A DNA stretch of 64,000 bases, taken from positions 6,783 to 70,782 of the forward strand of contig JADZCS010000246.1 of NCBI GenBank assembly GCA_020851435.1. The letters are read 5' to 3'. The stretch is from Gammaproteobacteria bacterium (GTDB taxonomy: Bacteria > Pseudomonadota > Gammaproteobacteria > Steroidobacterales > Steroidobacteraceae). Below, one piece after another: positions 59,182 through 64,000 of this stretch. Made by a program: the position numbers and the translations under genes. Below the pieces are notes generated by a model. The model had not been told where the DNA came from. It did not search any database and worked only from the letters and a program-made list of their open reading frames with translations. Each line of letters starts with the position of its first letter. The first letter of the stretch is position 1.

Positions 59182-59250
59182 TGCAATATGGGGCGATAAC
59201 ATCATACGGTACAAGGAACTGTCAACTGATCTGACGTGCCGGACTCCATC

Positions 59251-60666
59251 ATGAGCGAATCGACCGCAACAGACCTGTTTCTCCCGGCGGCGGCGGCAGA
59301 TTGCCGCCCGCTGTGGCTCGTCACCGAGGGCGGGCTCGAGGGCTGGCTGGCGTCGCAGCCAGCCGCCGCGGCCGCATGGGTTCGCGCCAACGGCTTCCAG
59401 GGCGAACGGCACCGCCTGCTGCTGCTGGCCGGGCAGGACGGCGAACTGGCCGGCGCGGTCTACGGACTCGGCAGCCTGCCTTCCGCCGACGAACTCGGCG
59501 TGTGGCACGTGGCGGGCCTGCCCGGCAAGCTCGCCCAGGGTCGCTGGAGCCTGGCAACTCCGCTCGCGCCGGCCTCGGCCACGCGCGCCGCACTGGGCTG
59601 GGCCATGGGCTGCTACCGCTTCGACCGGCTGCGCAGGACGGCCGCGAACCAGCGCCAGGCTTCGCTCGCGACACCCGAAGGCGCCGACATGGCCTACGTG
59701 CGACGCGCGGCCGCCGCCGACGCGTTCGCGCGCGATCTCGTCAACACGCCAGCCGGCGACCTGGGCCCTGCGGAGCTTGCGGCGGCCGCGGAGGCGGTAG
59801 CCGCGCGGCACGGCGGGAAGTTTCGCCAGGTCGTCGGCGACGAACTGCTGCGGGAGCGCCTGCCTGCGATCCACGCGGTCGGCCGCGCGGGTCCGCAGGC
59901 GCCGCGACTGATCGACCTTAGCTGGGGACATGAACGCCATCCCAGGCTGACCCTGGTCGGCAAGGGCGTCTGCTTCGATACGGGTGGCCTAGACCTGAAG
60001 CCGTCCACGGGCATGGCGCTCATGAAGAAGGACATGGGCGGCTCGGCGATGGCGCTGGCGATCGCCGCGATGGTCATGGATGCGGGCCTGCCGGTCCGGC
60101 TGCGCGTGCTGATCCCGGCAGTTGAGAACAGCGTCGCCGGCAACGCCTACCGCCCCGGGGACGTGGTCCGCACGCGCCAGGGACTGAGCATCGAGGTGGG
60201 CAACACCGACGCCGAGGGACGCATCGTCCTGGCCGATGCGCTCACCCTTGCGGGCGAGGACGAGCCTGACCTGCTCATCGACCTGGCGACGCTCACGGGC
60301 GCGGCGCGGGTGGCGCTGGGCCCGGAGCTACCGGCCCTGTTCACGCCCGATGCGGCGATGGCCGCCGACCTGCAGCGGCTCGGCATGCAGGAATCCGATC
60401 CCCTGTGGTGGATGCCGCTGTGGGATGGCTACGACGAGGACCTGTCGAGCAAGGTCGGGGACCTCAATAACGTCGCGCCGCACGCGTTTGCAGGCGCCAT
60501 TCTCGGCGCGCTGTTCCTGCGCCGCTTCGTGGCGAATCCGGCACGCTGGATGCACGTCGACCTCTATGCCTGGAACCCGAAGGACAGGCCGGGACGTCCC
60601 GTCGGAGCGGAGGCGCAGTGCATACGCGCGATGTTCGCCATGCTGGCTGCCCGGTACCCCGCGTGA
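59251..60666 (+). CDS. M17-family leucyl aminopeptidase-like protein
   Basis: VGKGVCFDTGGLDLKPSTGMALMKKDMGGSA and NTDAEGRIVLADAL are M17 active-site motifs. ATG 59251 is preferred; an in-frame GTG at 59236 is an alternative. Confidence 0.88.
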   Translation: MSESTATDLFLPAAAADCRPLWLVTEGGLEGWLASQPAAAAAWVRANGFQGERHRLLLLAGQDGELAGAVYGLGSLPSADELGVWHVAGLPGKLAQGRWSLATPLAPASATRAALGWAMGCYRFDRLRRTAANQRQASLATPEGADMAYVRRAAAADAFARDLVNTPAGDLGPAELAAAAEAVAARHGGKFRQVVGDELLRERLPAIHAVGRAGPQAPRLIDLSWGHERHPRLTLVGKGVCFDTGGLDLKPSTGMALMKKDMGGSAMALAIAAMVMDAGLPVRLRVLIPAVENSVAGNAYRPGDVVRTRQGLSIEVGNTDAEGRIVLADALTLAGEDEPDLLIDLATLTGAARVALGPELPALFTPDAAMAADLQRLGMQESDPLWWMPLWDGYDEDLSSKVGDLNNVAPHAFAGAILGALFLRRFVANPARWMHVDLYAWNPKDRPGRPVGAEAQCIRAMFAMLAARYPA

Positions 60667-60679
60667 CGCAAGTCGCGCG

Positions 60680-61582
60680 ATGAGCATCGAAGAGCAATCC
60701 GCGCGCACGGCGGTATCACCGACGCACCTGGGTTTCCTGCTGGCCATCAACCTGATGTGGGGTTACAACCTCATCGCGGCCAAGCAGGGCGTCGAGTCGT
60801 TTCCTCCGGTGTTCTTCTGCTTCCTGCGGTTCCTGGTGCTGGCCGTGGTGCTGGCCCCCTTCCTGCGCGTGCGCAAGGGCCAGATGGGCTGGCTGCTGGC
60901 GGCCGGTCTCATGAGCGGCGGACTGCAGTTCGCGATCATGTTCATCGGCGTGGCGATGCTGCCCAGCATGTCCGCGGCGGCGATTGCCAGCCAGCTTGGG
61001 GTGCCGTTCGCGACCCTGCTGTCCGTGCTGCTGCTGGGAGAGCGCGTTCGCTGGCGCCGCTGGCTTGGCATCGCGCTGTCCTTTGCCGGGGTCGTGCTGA
61101 TCGGCTTCAATCCACGCGTGCTCGATTCGGCGGCGGGCCTGGGGTTCGTGGTGCTCGCGGCGTTCGTCGGTTCGCTTGGCCTCATCGCCATCAAGCGCAT
61201 CCAGGGCGTGCCGCCGCTCGAGCTGCAGGCCTGGTTCTCGCTCATCAGCCTGCCTGTGCTGCTCTCGCTGTCGCTGGTGGTCGAGCACGGGCAGTGGCAC
61301 AGCATCGCCACGGCCTCCAGCACCGGGTGGATCGCCCTGGCCTACACAACCGTCGCCTCCAGCCTGATCGCGCACACCGGGTTCTTCTGGCTGCTGCAGC
61401 GCTATCCCGTCACCAGCGTCGCGCCGCTCACGGTGCTGGCGCCGATCTTCGGCGTGGCATTTTCCGTGCTGCTGCTGGGGGATCGCCTCGACTGGCGCAT
61501 GGTCGTCGGCGGGGCCATGACGCTCATCGGCGTCGTGATCATCATGAGCCGCGAGCGCGCGCTCGTGGACACGGGCACATGA
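60680..61582 (+). CDS. EamA/DMT-superfamily transporter
   Basis: ATG 60680, 13 nt after the previous stop. 300 aa with about 10 hydrophobic helices in two EamA-like halves. The ORF-track start 60236 overlaps the aminopeptidase gene. Confidence 0.8.
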   Translation: MSIEEQSARTAVSPTHLGFLLAINLMWGYNLIAAKQGVESFPPVFFCFLRFLVLAVVLAPFLRVRKGQMGWLLAAGLMSGGLQFAIMFIGVAMLPSMSAAAIASQLGVPFATLLSVLLLGERVRWRRWLGIALSFAGVVLIGFNPRVLDSAAGLGFVVLAAFVGSLGLIAIKRIQGVPPLELQAWFSLISLPVLLSLSLVVEHGQWHSIATASSTGWIALAYTTVASSLIAHTGFFWLLQRYPVTSVAPLTVLAPIFGVAFSVLLLGDRLDWRMVVGGAMTLIGVVIIMSRERALVDTGT

Positions 61583-61644
61583 CGAGACAGCAGGCATGGT
61601 CCACAATACCCGGCCTCCAATAACCTCTAAACCGAAGCGATCCC

Positions 61645-63369
61645 ATGGCCAAGAAGCAGCCCCCCGTTGACCCCCGTCGCTGGTCCAGGCTCGTCGTCGA
61701 CGGCGTCAAGCAGACGCCGAGCCGGGCGATGTTGCGCGCCGTCGGATACACCGACGCCGATTTCAGCAAGCCCGCGATCGGAGTGGCGTCGACCTGGAGC
61801 AACCTGACGCCCTGCAACATGCACATCGACGGCCTCGCGCGCCGTGCGGCGGCCGGGATCGACGCGTCCGGCGGCAAGAGCACCATTTTCGGCACCATCA
61901 CCGTGTCCGACGGCATTTCGATGGGATCGCCCGGCATGCGCTACTCGCTGGTGTCGCGCGAGGTCATCGCCGATTCGATCGAGACGGTCGTGGGGGCGCA
62001 GGGCTTCGACGGGCTCGTGGCGATCGGCGGCTGCGACAAGAACATACCCGGTTGCATGATGGCGATCGCGCGCCTCGACCGTCCCGCGGTTTTCGTCTAC
62101 GGCGGCACCATCCGCACCGGCGCCAGGCGGCGCGACATCGTCTCCGTGTTCGAGGCCGTCGGCGGCCACGCGGGCGGCACCGTGTCGGACAAGGAACTGC
62201 ACGAGGTGGAGTGCACCGCCATTCCCGGAGCGGGCAGCTGCGGCGGCATGTACACCGCGAACACCATGGCCTCGGCGATCGAGGCGCTGGGATTCTCGCT
62301 TCCCAACAGTTCCGCGCAGGAGGCCGTGTCGGGAATCAAGCTGGACGACTGCGAGCGGGCAGGGCGTGCGGTGGTCGAGCTGGTGAAGGCGGGCCTTCGT
62401 CCGTCAGACATCCTCAACCGCAAGGCCTTCGAGAACGCGATCACGACGGTCATAGCGCTGGCCGGCAGCACCAACGCCGTCCTGCACATGCTGGCGATAG
62501 CGCACTCCGCGAATGTCCGGCTCAAGCTCGACGACTTCACGCGCATCGGGCGCAGGGTTCCCGTGCTGGCTGACCTGCGGCCGAGCGGCCGCTATTCGAT
62601 GTCCGAGCTGATCGCCATCGGCGGCATCCAGCCGCTCATGAAGGCGCTCCTGGACGAGGGACTGCTGCACGGGGACTGCCTGACCGTAACCGGCCGGACG
62701 CTCGCCGAGAACCTCGCCGCCGTGCCGGATTATCCGGCTGGACAGGACATCGTCCGGGGCTTCGACGACCCGATCAAGCCCGACAGCCACCTGGTGGTGA
62801 TGTACGGCAACCTGGCACCTGAGGGTGCCGTCGCCAAGATCACGGGCAAGGAAGGGCTTTCCTTCAGCGGCAAGGCCCGCGTGTACGAGAGCGAGGAAGC
62901 CAGCCTGCAGGGCATCCTCGACGGCAAAGTGAAGCCGGGGGATGTCGTGGTCATCCGCAATGAAGGCCCGCGTGGCGGGCCCGGAATGCGCGAGATGCTG
63001 AGTCCGACGGCCGCAATCATGGGCAAGGGCCTCGGGGACAAGGTTGCGTTGATCACTGATGGCCGATTCTCCGGCGGCAGTCATGGTTTCGTCGTCGGTC
63101 ACATCACGCCGGAGGCGGCGTCGGGTGGTTCGATCGCCCTGGTCCGGAACGGCGACGCCATCACGATCGACGCGGTGCGCAGGGAGCTCACGCTGCACGT
63201 GAGCGCTGCGGAGCTGAAGCGCCGCGAGAGGGCAGGGAAGCCAGGAAAAAAGGCGGAAATTCGCGGTGTCCTGGGCAAGTACGCGCGTACGGTCAGCAGC
63301 GCGTCGCTGGGGGCGGTGACCGATCTCGAGCTTGATTTGCGTGCATCTGCCAAGGATCGGAGCAGGTGA
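61645..63369 (+). CDS. ilvD: Dihydroxy-acid dehydratase IlvD (IlvD/Edd family)
   Basis: 574 aa. [43 protein letters not shown] and [11 protein letters not shown] motifs. Confidence 0.94.
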   Translation: MAKKQPPVDPRRWSRLVVDGVKQTPSRAMLRAVGYTDADFSKPAIGVASTWSNLTPCNMHIDGLARRAAAGIDASGGKSTIFGTITVSDGISMGSPGMRYSLVSREVIADSIETVVGAQGFDGLVAIGGCDKNIPGCMMAIARLDRPAVFVYGGTIRTGARRRDIVSVFEAVGGHAGGTVSDKELHEVECTAIPGAGSCGGMYTANTMASAIEALGFSLPNSSAQEAVSGIKLDDCERAGRAVVELVKAGLRPSDILNRKAFENAITTVIALAGSTNAVLHMLAIAHSANVRLKLDDFTRIGRRVPVLADLRPSGRYSMSELIAIGGIQPLMKALLDEGLLHGDCLTVTGRTLAENLAAVPDYPAGQDIVRGFDDPIKPDSHLVVMYGNLAPEGAVAKITGKEGLSFSGKARVYESEEASLQGILDGKVKPGDVVVIRNEGPRGGPGMREMLSPTAAIMGKGLGDKVALITDGRFSGGSHGFVVGHITPEAASGGSIALVRNGDAITIDAVRRELTLHVSAAELKRRERAGKPGKKAEIRGVLGKYARTVSSASLGAVTDLELDLRASAKDRSR

Positions 63370-63594
63370 GGGTGACGAGGATTCGGACTTGATCCATTTT
63401 TTGCGGCGCAGCATCAGGAAAATAAATCAATGACGGTTGTATGCAAACTGTTGCAGTCGCTACCGTCTGCCGTTAAGGTTGCGCCCTGCCGCGGGACGGG
63501 CAGTCGCAGTTCAGGTTGCTCTCGGGAATTTTCGCAGGCGCTGGCCAGCTGACGCAGGCCGCGCCGACCTAACCAAGGGGCTAGAAGGTTCGAT

Positions 63595-64000
63595 ATGGCG
63601 AATGCTTACGGAGCCAGCGGTTCGCGTCGCGTGTTGGTGCTTGGCATCATCATCGGCATGCACGTGGTGATGATTGTGGCGCTCAAGTCGGGCCTCGCGC
63701 GCTCGGCTGTGCAGCTGATCACCGATACGGTCGCGGTCGACATACCGCCGCCGCCTCCGCCGCCGGAGGACCAGAAGGAACCGCCGCCGCCGCCGCCGAT
63801 CGACCGGCCGCCGCCGATGGTGCCGCCGCCGATGATCGACCTCGCGCCGGACACGTCCCCGTCCAACGCGATCTCGAACGTCGTGGTCAGCGACCAGGCG
63901 GGCCGTACGCCCGCGGCGCCGCCGGCCCCGCCGCCGCGCCAGGTCGTGCGCACGGCGCCGTCGTTCAAGCAGCGGCCCTCGCAGATCGCGAACATCATCA
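63595..64000 (+). CDS. TonB-family energy transducer, 3'-truncated by the window edge
   Basis: ATG 63595 with GAAGG upstream; the frame is open to the window end. The N-terminal TM is RRVLVLGIIIGMHVVMIVAL, followed by a Pro-rich spacer (PPPPPPPEDQKEPPPPPPIDRPPPMVPPP). It is absent from the ORF track because no stop lies in the window. The minus ORF 63606..63998 is its shadow. Confidence 0.7.
   Translation, partial: MANAYGASGSRRVLVLGIIIGMHVVMIVALKSGLARSAVQLITDTVAVDIPPPPPPPEDQKEPPPPPPIDRPPPMVPPPMIDLAPDTSPSNAISNVVVSDQAGRTPAAPPAPPPRQVVRTAPSFKQRPSQIANII

Noticed and set aside
63370-63594. ilvD terminator (GGAT...ATCC plus T6 at 63379-63402) and a Fur-box-like AT-rich patch (GAAAATAAATCAATGAC, about 63418-63434) upstream of the TonB-like gene
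   Set aside because: The stem is only 4-5 bp, so the terminator call is weak. The AT-rich patch shares only scattered positions with the 19-bp Fur consensus as I recall it. Neither is strong enough to annotate.

Overview
GC-rich proteobacterial chromosome segment. All calls come from reading the supplied translations and the DNA; no searches were run.

(1) Positions 1-38.8 kb hold a single same-strand type VI secretion (T6SS) cluster in H1-like gene order. The first block is tssK (5'-truncated), tssL with an OmpA-type extension, tssM, tagF, pppA, a 1635-aa PpkA-like Ser/Thr kinase and a 633-aa TagR-like protein. After a 260-nt gap come a FhaC/ShlB-type TPS transporter and a 3676-aa FhaB-like exoprotein. 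These are followed by tssA, tssB, tssC, hcp, tagJ, tssE, tssF, tssG, clpV and a glycosyltransferase-like gene.

The unusual points in this cluster:
- A complete two-partner-secretion (T5b) pair sits inside the T6SS cluster. It appears to be promoter-proximal to tssA-clpV.
- The kinase carries a TagR-like FGE-sulfatase domain as its own periplasmic C-terminus, and a second membrane-anchored FGE-sulfatase paralogue follows it.
- A D-x-R-T-x-F motif recurs in the cytoplasmic N-terminal tails of TssL, the kinase (twice) and the TagR-like protein. These are candidate phospho-Thr/FHA docking sites.
- No vgrG, PAAR, effector or immunity gene is visible. A GT-like gene occupies the post-clpV slot.

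(2) Positions 38.8-64 kb are housekeeping amino-acid metabolism:
- a small acidic protein behind a structured leader
- a TPR-methyltransferase
- a candidate lysine riboswitch upstream of a fused aspartokinase/DAP-decarboxylase (lysAC)
- a yerC-like-hisGDCBHAF(IE) operon with a perfect palindromic operator
- a SAM-I riboswitch upstream of metX-metB
- ilvC-leuACDB with a candidate Leu/Val leader-peptide attenuator
- an M17 aminopeptidase, an EamA transporter, ilvD, and the 5' end of a TonB-like gene

No tRNA, rRNA, CRISPR array, transposase or integrase was seen. The many long antisense ORFs are GC-driven shadow frames. The fused lysAC, fused hisB and yerC-his arrangement suggest a Xanthomonadales-like gammaproteobacterium, but this is inference only.
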